This document shows positions 20,560 through 30,664 of a stretch of 64,000 bases of DNA, one piece after another. The notes under the pieces are model-generated. The model had not been told where the DNA came from. It was given only the letters and a program-made list of their open reading frames with translations, and did no database searches. Source of the DNA: an uncultured delta proteobacterium (GTDB lineage: Bacteria; Myxococcota_A; Polyangia; Polyangiales; B10-G4). A program made the translations under genes and the position numbers. The first letter of the stretch is position 1. The number at the start of each line of letters is the position of its first letter. Where the stretch lies: the NCBI GenBank assembly GCA_963727445.1, contig CAVSGI010000020.1, positions 416,001-480,000 of the forward strand, given 5' to 3'.

Positions 20560-22851
20560 ATGGTCGACGCAAACGCGTGCGAGCCGCGGGTCACCGACAT
20601 GGACTTGGAGAACGTTCCCATTCCGATCCATCTCTTGGAGGGTGATGGGACGATCCTCTGGGCGAACCGAGCGGAGCTGCAGTGGCTCGGTTACGCGCGC
20701 GAGGAGTTCGTCGGGCAGAACATCGCGGCTTTCCACCTCGACACGGAGGTGATCCAGGGCGTCCTCCGCCGCCTCGCCGGGCAAGAAGAGGTTCGCGACG
20801 TGGAGTCTCAGATGCGCGCTCAGGATGGGACGAGCCGATGGGTGCTTCTCAATGCCCACATTCGGCAAGACCGAGGCCGGGTCATCCACGCCTGCTACAG
20901 CACCGACATCACCGACTACGTCCTGCACGGGCGGGCCGTGGAACGGCACCGCGAGTGGTTCAGGACCGTGCTCGCCAGCATTGGGGACGCCGTCATCGCG
21001 ACGGACGCGCGCGGCAGAGTCACGCTCATGAACTCCGTGAGCGAGGCCTTGACCGGGTGGACGGCGGCGGAGGCGGTGTCGCGACCGTTGTCCGAAGTCT
21101 TCCCAATCCTCAACGAGAACACCCGGCAGCCCGCACCGAATCCCGTCCAACACGTTCTCGAGACCGGCCGCATCGTCGGGCTCGCGAATCACACGATCCT
21201 CATGGCGCGCGACGGGACGGAGTTTGCCATCGACGACAGCGCTGCGCCGATCCGTGACGCATCAGGGCAGCTCCAGGGCGTGGTGCTCGTGTTCCGCGAC
21301 ATCGGAGAGCGGCGCCGGCTGGCGGCCGCAGCCCGGCACCTCGCAGCGATCGTCGAGTCTTCCGACGATGCGATCGTCAGCAAGAACCTCGATGGCATCG
21401 TGAGCAGCTGGAATCAAGGCGCCGAGAGGCTCTTCGGATACTCGGCAGAAGAGATGATCGGCCGCCCCATCTCGATACTCATCCCGCCGGATCGTCCCGA
21501 CGAGGAGCCGGAGATCCTTCGGCGCATCCGGCGAGGCGAGCGCCTGGATCATTTCGAGACCGTTCGCATGCACAAGGATGGAAGCCGCCTCGACGTGTCG
21601 GTGACGATCTCTCCCGTGAAGGACGAGTCGGGGGAGATCGTCGGGGCTTCGAAGGTGGCTCGCGACATCGGCACGGAGAAGCGGCTTCGCGACGAGCTCG
21701 AGCGGCGTCTGGAGGAGTTGGCGGAGGCAGATCGGCGCAAGGACGCGTTCCTGGCCATGCTCGCCCACGAGTTGCGCAATCCCCTCGGCGCCATCAGCAA
21801 CGCCGTGAGCATTCTCGAGAGTGCGCGACAAGAGCGTCCGAGGAGCCGCGCCATGAAGGTCCTCCGTCGGCAGGTCGATCACCAGGCACGCCTCGTCAAC
21901 CAGCTCCTCGATGTTTCCCGTATCACCCGGAACCTGATCGAGCTCCATCTCGAAGAGCTGGATCTCGTGCAGCTCGTTCGCGACACGGTCGAGGACTTCC
22001 GGGCGTCGAGTGAAGCCCAACACCTCGAGCTCGCGCTCGACCTCTCGAGCAGCCCGATCTGGGTCGAGGCGGACCGCACGCGCATCGCTCAAGTAGTCAC
22101 CAACCTCCTGAGCAACTCGCTGAAGTTCACGCCTTCGGGTGGACGCGTGACCGTGGACGTCCACACGACTGCTGCTGGCTCGAGGGCCGAGATCATCGTC
22201 AGCGACACGGGCATCGGGATCGCCGAGGAGCTCCTGCCGCACGTCTTCGAAAGCTTCAGCCATGGGGAGCATTCCCTCGCGCGCACTCGTGGCGGCCTCG
22301 GTTTGGGGCTGGCCATCGTGAAGGGGCTCTGTGAGCTTCACGGAGGCGAGGTCCACGTGGAGAGCGGTGGCACCGGGAAGGGGACTCGAGTCAGGGTGCT
22401 GCTTCCCGCGCTGGATTCACCCGAAAGAGGAATCGCGCCGGAGGAAGCAGCGTCCCACGAGCATGAAGGCCCGCTCCGGATCCTGGTCGTGGAGGACAAC
22501 GTCGACGCGGCCGAGACGTTGGCTGATCTTCTCGAACTGGACGGCCACGAGGTGCAGATCGCGTTGACGGGGCCCGAAGGCGTGCGACTGGCCCAGGAGA
22601 ACCATCCGGACGTCGTGCTCTGCGATCTCGGCCTGCCGGGGATGGATGGGTACGAGGTGGCCGCAGCTCTGCGCCTCGCTCCGGGTGGCAGGCGCCCGCG
22701 ACTCGTCGCGGTGACCGGCTACGGGGGAGACGCGAATCGTAGAAGGAGTCGCGAGGCCGGCTTCGACGATCACATCGTCAAGCCGATCGATGCCGTCGCG
22801 CTGGCCAGGATCCTCGCGGGCGTGGCCTCGACTACTGATAGCGCTGGATGA
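20560..22851 (+). CDS. Hybrid sensor histidine kinase (3 PAS + HisKA + HATPase + receiver)
   Basis: PAS/PAC repeats; LAHELRNPL, NLLSNSLKFT, DTGIGI, GLGLGL; receiver VVEDN..LCDLGLPGMDG..KP. Start at 20560 or 20599. Confidence 0.95.
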   Translation: MVDANACEPRVTDMDLENVPIPIHLLEGDGTILWANRAELQWLGYAREEFVGQNIAAFHLDTEVIQGVLRRLAGQEEVRDVESQMRAQDGTSRWVLLNAHIRQDRGRVIHACYSTDITDYVLHGRAVERHREWFRTVLASIGDAVIATDARGRVTLMNSVSEALTGWTAAEAVSRPLSEVFPILNENTRQPAPNPVQHVLETGRIVGLANHTILMARDGTEFAIDDSAAPIRDASGQLQGVVLVFRDIGERRRLAAAARHLAAIVESSDDAIVSKNLDGIVSSWNQGAERLFGYSAEEMIGRPISILIPPDRPDEEPEILRRIRRGERLDHFETVRMHKDGSRLDVSVTISPVKDESGEIVGASKVARDIGTEKRLRDELERRLEELAEADRRKDAFLAMLAHELRNPLGAISNAVSILESARQERPRSRAMKVLRRQVDHQARLVNQLLDVSRITRNLIELHLEELDLVQLVRDTVEDFRASSEAQHLELALDLSSSPIWVEADRTRIAQVVTNLLSNSLKFTPSGGRVTVDVHTTAAGSRAEIIVSDTGIGIAEELLPHVFESFSHGEHSLARTRGGLGLGLAIVKGLCELHGGEVHVESGGTGKGTRVRVLLPALDSPERGIAPEEAASHEHEGPLRILVVEDNVDAAETLADLLELDGHEVQIALTGPEGVRLAQENHPDVVLCDLGLPGMDGYEVAAALRLAPGGRRPRLVAVTGYGGDANRRRSREAGFDDHIVKPIDAVALARILAGVASTTDSAG

Positions 22852-23341
22852 CGTGGAAGCCGAAGGGCGTCTCCACCACGTCCGAGATGCCGCCTGGCTG
22901 CATGGCGAAGACGGCGTTGTCGAAGGCCGGAACCATGCGTCCGCGGGGGAAGGTGCCGAGGTCGCCGCCGCGCGGGCCGGTGGGGCCGTCGCTGTACTCG
23001 CGGGCGAGCGCAGCGAAGTCCTCGCCGGCGCGCGCCTTCTGGAGCACTTCGTTGATGCGGGCGGTCGCCTCTTCGCGGCTGCGGGTGATGTCGGGGCCGG
23101 CGCGCATCGAACCCTGGAACTGCACCAGGATGTGCCGGGCGGCCGCGACCTGACCCGGCTGGGGCGGTGCGGGGGTGGGCGTCGGCTGCGGCCTGGGGCT
23201 GGGCGGCGGCGCTTCCGCCTGGGCGGCCTGGGCGGGCGCGGCATTCGGCGATGGGGACATCGCGACGAAGGTCAGCACCAGCACCCCGACCCCGACGAGG
23301 GGGCCATACACGAACCACGGGCTTTCATCCGAACCGGACAT
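22832..23341 (-). CDS. Parvulin/PpiC-type peptidyl-prolyl isomerase, membrane anchored
   Basis: ARHILV, FAALAREYSD, GGDLGTF..GRMVPAFD, VETPFGFHVI; N-terminal TM plus Pro-rich linker. Confidence 0.92.
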   Translation of the reverse strand: MSGSDESPWFVYGPLVGVGVLVLTFVAMSPSPNAAPAQAAQAEAPPPSPRPQPTPTPAPPQPGQVAAARHILVQFQGSMRAGPDITRSREEATARINEVLQKARAGEDFAALAREYSDGPTGPRGGDLGTFPRGRMVPAFDNAVFAMQPGGISDVVETPFGFHVIQRYQ

Positions 23342-23447
23342 GGGCGCGCACCTTACATGAAGCGGCCGCTGGCGCAATCGAGGGCTAGGCTGGGCCCTGT
23401 CGCCCTCGGCCGATGGCCGTTGACACCCGAGCGTGGCCGGTCCGAGG

Positions 23448-23858
23448 ATGGCTGGCATGAGCAGCGAAAAGCCCCGCGGATCGACCGCCGACACCAGCGC
23501 CGTCTGGGAAAACCACGTCCCCGTAGCGGGCACCCCCGAGGGCTTCACCTGCCGCACGACCTATCCTCAGAACCCCGACGGGGCCGAGGTGATGCTCGAG
23601 CGCTGGGAGGCCGGCACCGCCGAGCCACCCCATTCACATCCCGGCGACGACATGACGGTGGTGGTCGAGGGCTCGATGCGGGTCCAGTTCTACACCCGTG
23701 GTGACGCGGGCCTCGTGCCGGATGGCGAGCCGCTGGTGCTGAAGAAGGGCGACGCGGGATACATCCCCGGCGGCCGCATCCACGACGCCAAGTACGTCGA
23801 AGCCTGCAAGCTGGTCTACGTCCACGACAAGGCGTTCGCGTTTCAGGCCGAGAGCTGA
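23448..23858 (+). CDS. Cupin domain protein
   Basis: PPHSHPGDDMTVVVEGSM and YIPGGRIHDA cupin motifs. Start at 23448 or 23457. Confidence 0.8.
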   Translation: MAGMSSEKPRGSTADTSAVWENHVPVAGTPEGFTCRTTYPQNPDGAEVMLERWEAGTAEPPHSHPGDDMTVVVEGSMRVQFYTRGDAGLVPDGEPLVLKKGDAGYIPGGRIHDAKYVEACKLVYVHDKAFAFQAES

Positions 23859-24550
23859 GCCCGCGGACGCGAAGGGCGGCGAGCCTCGCCGGCGCTGCCT
23901 GCTTCGTCCTCTGCTACGGGATCGCGATCGCGCTCTATCCAGGAGGCACCTGGTGGGACGCGCACGCCGTCGGGCACTCCTTCTGGCGCAACTTCCTCTG
24001 CGACCTGATGCAGAGCACGTCGCTGAACGGCGAGCCCGCGCCGATCGGCTCGCTCCTCGCCCGGGTGGGCATCACAGCGATGCTCCTCGGTCTCGTTCCC
24101 TTCTACGCCGAGGTGGCGTCGCTCGAAGAGCCGGAGACACGCGCCGGTCGCGTGGCGCGCCGCGCCGGGATGCTCGCCTGCCTCATCGGCCTCGCGATCC
24201 CCATCGTCACCTCCGATCTCTGGCGCCTCGGCCACCTGATCGTGGTCGTCGCCGCCTTCTTGCCGAGCTTCGTCGCGACGGTAGCGGCTTCGGTGATCTC
24301 GCTCCGCGCGCCGGGTGTGTGGTGGCTCGTCCGCGCCGCGGCGCTCACCACCCTCGTCTTCGGGGGCCTCGACGGCTTCCTCTATCTCTTCGTCTACATC
24401 TCGCCCGCCCTGGGCCTGGTCCCGGAGTCGGAACAGACGCGCACCCTGATCGGCCTCGCGCTCCCCGCGCTCATGCGCATCGCCACGATCTCGGTGCTGG
24501 TGTGGGTCGTTGCGATGGCGAGGCAGAGCTACCCTCGTGCACCGACATGA
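23855..24550 (+). CDS. Multi-TM membrane protein (YPGG...NFLCDL motif)
   Basis: The frame of track ORF 24008 stays open upstream with a TM helix and LYPGGTWWD..GHSFWRNFLCDL. The only plausible start is CTG 23855, overlapping the cupin stop. Confidence 0.6.
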   Translation: MSPRTRRAASLAGAACFVLCYGIAIALYPGGTWWDAHAVGHSFWRNFLCDLMQSTSLNGEPAPIGSLLARVGITAMLLGLVPFYAEVASLEEPETRAGRVARRAGMLACLIGLAIPIVTSDLWRLGHLIVVVAAFLPSFVATVAASVISLRAPGVWWLVRAAALTTLVFGGLDGFLYLFVYISPALGLVPESEQTRTLIGLALPALMRIATISVLVWVVAMARQSYPRAPT

Positions 24551-24613
24551 CTGACCCCATCTCCCTCGAAGGGGCCGGAGCCCGAGGGGCGACCTCGGCG
24601 ACACATGCGATCG

Positions 24614-25036
24614 TCAGTCGGGAAGCGGCTCCGCCCCGACGATCATCGGGTCGTCGCCGAAGTTCGGGCTGGCGCCCCGCTCCACCGTGAAGCGGTAGCG
24701 CTTGCCGGTGTCGAGCGAGTCGAAGAGCGGAGCGTCGGAGTTTCCGCAGCGCTCGAAGTGGATCCAGACCCGCTCGCCTCCGGACTGCTCGATCTCGTAG
24801 GACTGCTGAATGCAGTCGCCGTGGCCGAGCGGCCCACGGTCGACGATGCGTCCTTCGAGAACCTCGTTCTCCGCGTTCGTCGCCCCCGCCGGCTCATCCC
24901 TTTCGGCAGGCGTAGCCGGGGTCTCCTGCACGTTCGCCGTCTCCGGCTCGTTCGTCGTCGCGGTGGCCGCGGTCTCGGACCCGCCGCACCCGCTGAGCAG
25001 GAACACGGCGATGCCAGCGCGCCAAACGTTTCCCAT
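24614..25036 (-). CDS. Hypothetical lipoprotein
   Basis: MGNVWRAGIAVFLLSGC lipobox, low-complexity linker, small beta domain. Confidence 0.65.
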   Translation of the reverse strand: MGNVWRAGIAVFLLSGCGGSETAATATTNEPETANVQETPATPAERDEPAGATNAENEVLEGRIVDRGPLGHGDCIQQSYEIEQSGGERVWIHFERCGNSDAPLFDSLDTGKRYRFTVERGASPNFGDDPMIVGAEPLPD

Positions 25037-25080
25037 CTCCCGAGGATACCGCGTGATCTCCCTTGCTATCATGGAAAGCC

Positions 25081-27135
25081 ATGCGTCGGGTTTCACCGTT
25101 CGCTGCCCTCCTCTGGCTGGTCGCTTGTGGCGACGACGGCGAAATGCCGATCGACGGGGCCGTGGCCGCGGACGCCGATGCCGGAGCGGGGGCGGTCGCG
25201 GCACCGGAGATCGATTGGGCTGCGGACGGCGTACCGCCCATCGCGATCGCGCCCTGCCCCGATGGGTGGCGCGAGACGATGGAAAGTGGGGTCGCCGTAT
25301 GCGATCCGTACCCCGCGAGCGGAATGGAGACCTGCGGCGCTGGCGAGGCACACTTCCCCGGCGAGGAAGGCTGCCGGCCGATCGGTGACCCCTGCCCGAC
25401 CGGTGACTACGCGGCCGATCTCCCGGCGGATGGCTCAGTCGTCTACGTAAACGCTTCGGTTGCTCCAGGCGGCGACGGAACCATCGCGACGCCCTTCGCG
25501 ACGCTCGGGGACGTGGCCGGGAGCGGGCTCACCGCCGGAACGACCGTGGCTCTCGCCAAAGGGACGTACGAAGGGACTCTCTCGCTGCGCGCGGGCGTTC
25601 GCGTCGTCGGAGCCTGCGTGGCCGAGACGATCGTGACGGGCGTTGCGGCACCGGTTCCCTCCGTCGTCTCCATCACGAACGCGGGTCCGGGAGCGACCTT
25701 GCGAAACGTGACTATCGCCGACGCGTCGCAATGGGGCGTTCACGTGACGTCGGGCCGGTCTTTGACGCTCGAGGGCGTGCTCGTGGACGGGGTGAGCGGC
25801 TTCGGTGTGTTCACGCAGAACCCCGACAGCAGCGTCACCGCGACCGACGTCGTGATCCGAGCGCCTCATCCCTCCGGGATGGAGCCGGGGCGCGCGCTTC
25901 AGATCCAATCCGGATCGCGCTTCGACGGCACGAAGGTCGTGATCGAGCAGAGCACGGACTCGGGTGCCTTTGCCGGCGGCATGGGTGCCACGATCGTGCT
26001 CGTCGACAGCGTCGTGCAGGGCACTCTGACGGTGACGGGCGGTTTGGCGGGGGAGGGATTGAGGGTCCAGGAGGGTGCGCACGTCGAGGCGACCCGCGTC
26101 CTGATCGCCGACAACCACAAAGCTGGCGTGAAGCTCGATGATCCCGGCACGACGGCTCGCTTCGAGCAGGTGATCGTTCGCGACACCGCGACCGGGAGCG
26201 GGGTGGGGCGAGGCATCAACGTCCAGTCCGGCGCGCGACTCGACGCGTCGGGTCTGGTGATCGCCCAAAACCACGACACCGCGCTCTTCGTCGCGGGAGA
26301 GGGCACCGAAGCGGTCGTAGACGATCTCGTCATCGCCGACTCCACCGGGATCATCGGGGTGGACGGCCCTCACGTCCAAGCGGCGCGTGTGCTGGTGGCA
26401 CGGGCGGAGGGTGTCGGCGTGCTCTCGTACAGTCCCGGTACGGTGCTCGATCTCTCCGATGCGCTCATCCTCGACACGCGTGCGTTTTCCTCCGATGGGG
26501 CGAACGGGCGCGGCCTGGGTGCGGACAGCGGCGGACAGGTTGTCGCGTCACGCGTTCGCGTCGATGGAGCGCGTGAGCTCGGTGTTTACGCCAGCCGAGA
26601 GGGATCGTCGTTGGAGCTGACCGACTTCGAGGTGGCCCACATCACCGGGCTCGAGGTGGACCTCAGCTACGGATATGGGCTCGGGGTCGAGGGAGGCGCC
26701 CGCGTGACGGGCCAGCGCGTGAGCGTGGACGACGTCCACGAGCTGGGCGTCAGCTCCTTCAGCCAGGGCACGATCGAGCTTCGCGACGTGTCCATCACGA
26801 ACGTGCACACCACCGCCTGCAGCTGCCCGCGGCCGACGGGCTACGCGGCCGCAGCGACGAACGCTGCGCTGCGCCTCACGGGCTTTCGGATCAGCGACGC
26901 GGAGACATGCGGTCTCTTCGTAGGCACCGAGCTCATGGCTTCGGGCGTCGCGGCGCTCGACGCCGAGTCCGGTGTCGTCGAAGGCACGGCCATCGGGGCA
27001 TGCATCCAGGTCGAGGGCTACGACCTCACGCGCGTTCAGACCGGCGTCGTCTTCCGGGACAACGGAACGAACCTCGACGCCACCTCCCTACCTGTCCCGT
27101 CGGCGAGCGACGTCACCATCGACCCGACGCCCTGA
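25081..27135 (+). CDS. Lipoprotein with right-handed parallel beta-helix (pectin-lyase-like/DUF1565-like)
   Basis: Lipobox LVAC; YVNASVAPGGDGTIATPFATL, LAKGTY, then repeated Gly/Val-rich beta-helix turns. Confidence 0.75.
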   Translation: MRRVSPFAALLWLVACGDDGEMPIDGAVAADADAGAGAVAAPEIDWAADGVPPIAIAPCPDGWRETMESGVAVCDPYPASGMETCGAGEAHFPGEEGCRPIGDPCPTGDYAADLPADGSVVYVNASVAPGGDGTIATPFATLGDVAGSGLTAGTTVALAKGTYEGTLSLRAGVRVVGACVAETIVTGVAAPVPSVVSITNAGPGATLRNVTIADASQWGVHVTSGRSLTLEGVLVDGVSGFGVFTQNPDSSVTATDVVIRAPHPSGMEPGRALQIQSGSRFDGTKVVIEQSTDSGAFAGGMGATIVLVDSVVQGTLTVTGGLAGEGLRVQEGAHVEATRVLIADNHKAGVKLDDPGTTARFEQVIVRDTATGSGVGRGINVQSGARLDASGLVIAQNHDTALFVAGEGTEAVVDDLVIADSTGIIGVDGPHVQAARVLVARAEGVGVLSYSPGTVLDLSDALILDTRAFSSDGANGRGLGADSGGQVVASRVRVDGARELGVYASREGSSLELTDFEVAHITGLEVDLSYGYGLGVEGGARVTGQRVSVDDVHELGVSSFSQGTIELRDVSITNVHTTACSCPRPTGYAAAATNAALRLTGFRISDAETCGLFVGTELMASGVAALDAESGVVEGTAIGACIQVEGYDLTRVQTGVVFRDNGTNLDATSLPVPSASDVTIDPTP

Positions 27136-27186
27136 GGGCCGCAGCAGATGCTCGCGAAGGGCCGTTGGATCGGTTCTAATGAGATC

Positions 27187-28992
27187 ATGGCGCTTCGATT
27201 GGGGCTTTTCACGCTGCTCGTCGTGATGGGCTCGGGCGCATGTGGAAGCTCCTCGACCGACGATACGACCGGTGTTCGGGTCTGGTTCGAGGCGGAACCG
27301 ACGCTCACGACGCGCGCGGCGTCGCTCCGCGTCCGCATCACCGACACGGAGGGCGCCGTACGCGACGACGCCGTGGGCCTGGCGGCGCGGCGGCTGCCCC
27401 TCGCCATCGACCTGCGCCCGCGCGGCGGTGATCCGGCGCGCCGCTTTTCGGTCGAGGCATCTCTTCTCGACGGATCTGACGCCGAGATCGCGCGGCAGCG
27501 CGTCGTGGGCGGCTACATCGCGGGCGAGGTCCGCGAGATACGAGTCTTCTTCCGCGACGATTGTGAAAGCGTTCTCTGCGCGGATCCGCTGACCTGCGTC
27601 GCGGGTGCGTGCGCCGACGCCGCTTGTTACGGAACCGGCACGACGCCCGCGCCGTGCACCAGCGCTCCAGACGCGGGGGCGGACGCCGGGGGTTGCGACC
27701 CGGCCGAGCCCCCGGTGTGCGACGCCACCACCCTGACCCTCTGCGAGGACGGCGCACTGCGAGAGGTGGCGTGCCCGCTGGGCTGCGCGACCGACGAAGC
27801 ATGCACGTTGCCGATCCCGAGCAACACACCCGACGCGTCCCTCGACGAGAGCGTCGCCGAGCTCCGCGTACCGCGCGGCGAGAGCTGGGTCATCGACACC
27901 GGTGACGGATCGATCGACGCGTGGGTTGGCGTCGTCGAAGGCGAGCCCTCGCGGTCCATCCGGACTCCGGTCATGGGTGATGATGGCGCCGGTCTCGTTT
28001 TCCGGCTGGCGCCGACCCCCTTGGCCCCGGGGACGACCGGATCCTACGGCGTGCTCAGCGTCGGCCGCCTGGTCGTCGAGGAGGGGGCGACGCTGCAGGG
28101 CGTCGGGCCTCATCCGTTGATCGTGCTGGTCGCGACCGAGGCCGTGATCGACGGCACGCTCAGCGTCGCCGCGAGTCGGCTGGCGGAGCTGGCCCCGGGG
28201 GCTGGAGGGTTCCCGGGAGGGGTGGGCGCGGGCGGCGACGGGCCGGGCGGAGGCGGTCATGGAGAGGTGGGCGATCCGTACAACCGCAGCGGCGGCGGCG
28301 GGGGTGGCTTCGGCTCTTCGGGCGCCGACGGTGGCGATGGAAGGAATCCCGATCCGATGACCCCGAGCACGGGAGGCGCGGGAGGCACGACCTACGGCGA
28401 AGAGACGCTTTCGCCGCTCGTCGGAGGCTCCGGGGGCGGGAGCGCAGGAGGGTCGGGAAGCTCTGCAGGCGAGGGCGGCCACGGCGGTGGAGCGCTCCAG
28501 GTCACGGCCGGATGGCTCATCGCCGTTCGGGGCCCGAGCTCGGGCGCCTCTGGCATCGTCGACGCATCCGGCGGCGGCGGCTACGGTCGACGTCTCGGTG
28601 GAGGTGGCGGTGGATCGGGCGGCGCCATTCTCCTCGAGGCACCGATCGTGCGCATCGATGGGATCGTCGGGAGCAACGGGGGCGCGGGAGCACCCGGCGA
28701 CGTCAACGTCTCAGACGGCGTTTGCGACGGGGACTACGGTCTCGCGGCGAATGGACGCGCCGAACGCGTTCCGGCGCCCGGCGTGGAGCTCATGGCTGGC
28801 TGTACCGGCGACGGCGGCGACGGAAGTGATCTGGATGGTGTGGCGGGGGAAGGGGGTCGCGGCCGCGATGGTGGCGGAGGTGGCGGCGGTGCAGGCCGCA
28901 TCCGGGTCAACACGGCGGCCGGGACCGAGACCTACGACATGGGCGTCGTGCCGGGCGTGCTCACCACGGTCGGAACCATCAGCTCCCCTTGA
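27187..28992 (+). CDS. Lipoprotein with Cys-rich linker and Gly-rich (PE_PGRS-like) C-terminal region
   Basis: Lipobox GSGAC; GGGGGSGGAILLEA and GGGGGAGRIRVNT Gly-rich motifs. N-terminal domain resembles that of 4210..6822. Confidence 0.7.
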   Translation: MALRLGLFTLLVVMGSGACGSSSTDDTTGVRVWFEAEPTLTTRAASLRVRITDTEGAVRDDAVGLAARRLPLAIDLRPRGGDPARRFSVEASLLDGSDAEIARQRVVGGYIAGEVREIRVFFRDDCESVLCADPLTCVAGACADAACYGTGTTPAPCTSAPDAGADAGGCDPAEPPVCDATTLTLCEDGALREVACPLGCATDEACTLPIPSNTPDASLDESVAELRVPRGESWVIDTGDGSIDAWVGVVEGEPSRSIRTPVMGDDGAGLVFRLAPTPLAPGTTGSYGVLSVGRLVVEEGATLQGVGPHPLIVLVATEAVIDGTLSVAASRLAELAPGAGGFPGGVGAGGDGPGGGGHGEVGDPYNRSGGGGGGFGSSGADGGDGRNPDPMTPSTGGAGGTTYGEETLSPLVGGSGGGSAGGSGSSAGEGGHGGGALQVTAGWLIAVRGPSSGASGIVDASGGGGYGRRLGGGGGGSGGAILLEAPIVRIDGIVGSNGGAGAPGDVNVSDGVCDGDYGLAANGRAERVPAPGVELMAGCTGDGGDGSDLDGVAGEGGRGRDGGGGGGGAGRIRVNTAAGTETYDMGVVPGVLTTVGTISSP

Positions 28993-28995
28993 GCT

Positions 28996-30636
28996 TCAGA
29001 AGTGCGTGGTCGGCTCCGAGAACGTCGTGTCTTCGATGCGATACTCGAGGCCTCGCCCGCGTCGTCGTGCGAGGACGGCACCCTCTTCAGTGAGCTGTTG
29101 GAGCGCCGTCTGCACCGTTCGGAGCGGGATGGAGAGCGCACGGGCCGCGTTCTTCGCGTCGCCGGCGCCGCGCCTGGCGAGCAACCGTAGGACGAGGTCC
29201 TCGAGCGGCTGCTCGCAGCGCGGATCGGGGACGAGAAGCGGCTCGTGCAGCGCCAGCCGCAGCTGATCGTCCTCGCGATCGATCACGGCGAGGCCCTCGA
29301 GTCTCGCGCGCGTCCGATGCAGAAGCACGTTGAAGACGTTCTTGTGCGTCGACGCGACGTATTCGAATCCGTACACGGTTCGGAAGAGCTCTCGAAGCGG
29401 CAGGCCCTGGGGGCCGGCGAGGGCGAGCGCCGCGACGAGGGTCTCGGATCGGCCCGGAAGCCCGCTCTGTGGCGTGACGCGGACGACCTCCGGGCCGACG
29501 AGCTCCTCGCCGCGCGGCGCGAGGCGTCGCGCTGCGCCGCTCAGCGGTGCGTACACCCATGCAGCTCTCGCCTGGCCCGGAGAGTCGGCGTCGAGATGGG
29601 TGCACAGGCCACAGAGGGCGGGGGGCGGACGCAGGGACTCGCCCATGCACCACTGTCGGGTCGGCGTATTCCCCACCGAGCGGAGGTCCGAGCGGGGATC
29701 GATGGCGGCGAGCGCCGATTCGAGATCGGTTGCGAAGGGAGCGAATCGTCCGACGGCCGCGCGCGCCGTCTCGATGTGGGGATCGAGCGCAGCGCAATCC
29801 GTGGCGGCGCCCTCGATGATCTGACCGAGCGAAGACGCCGCCACGCGCGCCCAGTCGACCAGGCCGTCACCCGGGTCCACGTCGAGCGCGAGCTCCGGCG
29901 GCTTTCCGCCTCCCGCCATCCGCAGCTCCCACGCGATGAAGCCGTGCCAGGGGGAGGGAACGACGCGCGCGAGGGCGCCGAGGATACGAGTCGACAAGTG
30001 CGGACGGTGGGTGAGTCGGCGAAGCCGCGCGAGGACTGCGTTGGCGAGGTACTCCCACTGGGGAAACGCCTCGGTTCGCGCCATGCGGCTCGCGCGCCGG
30101 GCGGCGGAGATGGCCCGGCCCGGATCGCGCGACGAGATGGCGAGGGCCCTCAGGCTCGCCGCCTCGAGGACGCCCGTCGGGAGTCGATACCGCGCCGCGT
30201 CTTCTTGAAGAGACTCTGTTCGGGCCGAGGCGGCTTCCTCGTCTCCCGCCGCGATCGCGAGCCACGACTCCATCACATCGCACCAGAAAGTCGCCTCGCC
30301 CGGTTCGAGCCCCGCACGAAAACGACGGGCTAGTAGGGCGTGTCGCTCGAGGGCGTCCACATCGAGCCGGAGAAGCGCCGCCTTCGACGATTGTCCGAGG
30401 GCCAGGAGCGCGACCGACCGAACGGCCGGGTCCTTCGTGTCGAGTGCGCGTGTGAGGGAGGCCTCTGACGGCAGGGTGCTCGGGAGGCCTGCGTGCCACC
30501 TCTGGGCTTCGAGCACCAGGCGCCATGCGTCGCCCATCGCATCGTCGGCCAACACCAACGCTCCGCCCGCGCGAAAGTCTCCGCGCCAGCCATCCACGTA
30601 CGCGCTGCGCGCGCTCTGGGCCGCGGAGGAGCTCAC
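28996..30636 (-). CDS. Putative transcriptional regulator: helical/TPR-like N-terminus plus two C-terminal winged-helix domains
   Basis: OmpR-type wHTH-like ELFRTVYGFEY..VFNVLLHRTRARL, and a second HTH AKNAARALSIPLRTVQTALQQL. Start uncertain (GTG 30636). Confidence 0.6.
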   Translation of the reverse strand: MSSSAAQSARSAYVDGWRGDFRAGGALVLADDAMGDAWRLVLEAQRWHAGLPSTLPSEASLTRALDTKDPAVRSVALLALGQSSKAALLRLDVDALERHALLARRFRAGLEPGEATFWCDVMESWLAIAAGDEEAASARTESLQEDAARYRLPTGVLEAASLRALAISSRDPGRAISAARRASRMARTEAFPQWEYLANAVLARLRRLTHRPHLSTRILGALARVVPSPWHGFIAWELRMAGGGKPPELALDVDPGDGLVDWARVAASSLGQIIEGAATDCAALDPHIETARAAVGRFAPFATDLESALAAIDPRSDLRSVGNTPTRQWCMGESLRPPPALCGLCTHLDADSPGQARAAWVYAPLSGAARRLAPRGEELVGPEVVRVTPQSGLPGRSETLVAALALAGPQGLPLRELFRTVYGFEYVASTHKNVFNVLLHRTRARLEGLAVIDREDDQLRLALHEPLLVPDPRCEQPLEDLVLRLLARRGAGDAKNAARALSIPLRTVQTALQQLTEEGAVLARRRGRGLEYRIEDTTFSEPTTHF

Positions 30637-30664
30637 GGTCGGCGAGTTGACAGAGGGCTGCGGA

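Noticed and set aside
20460..22851. Hybrid kinase as a horizontally acquired island
   Set aside because: It looks slightly less GC-biased by eye, but I cannot compute this and there are no flanking repeats or mobility genes.
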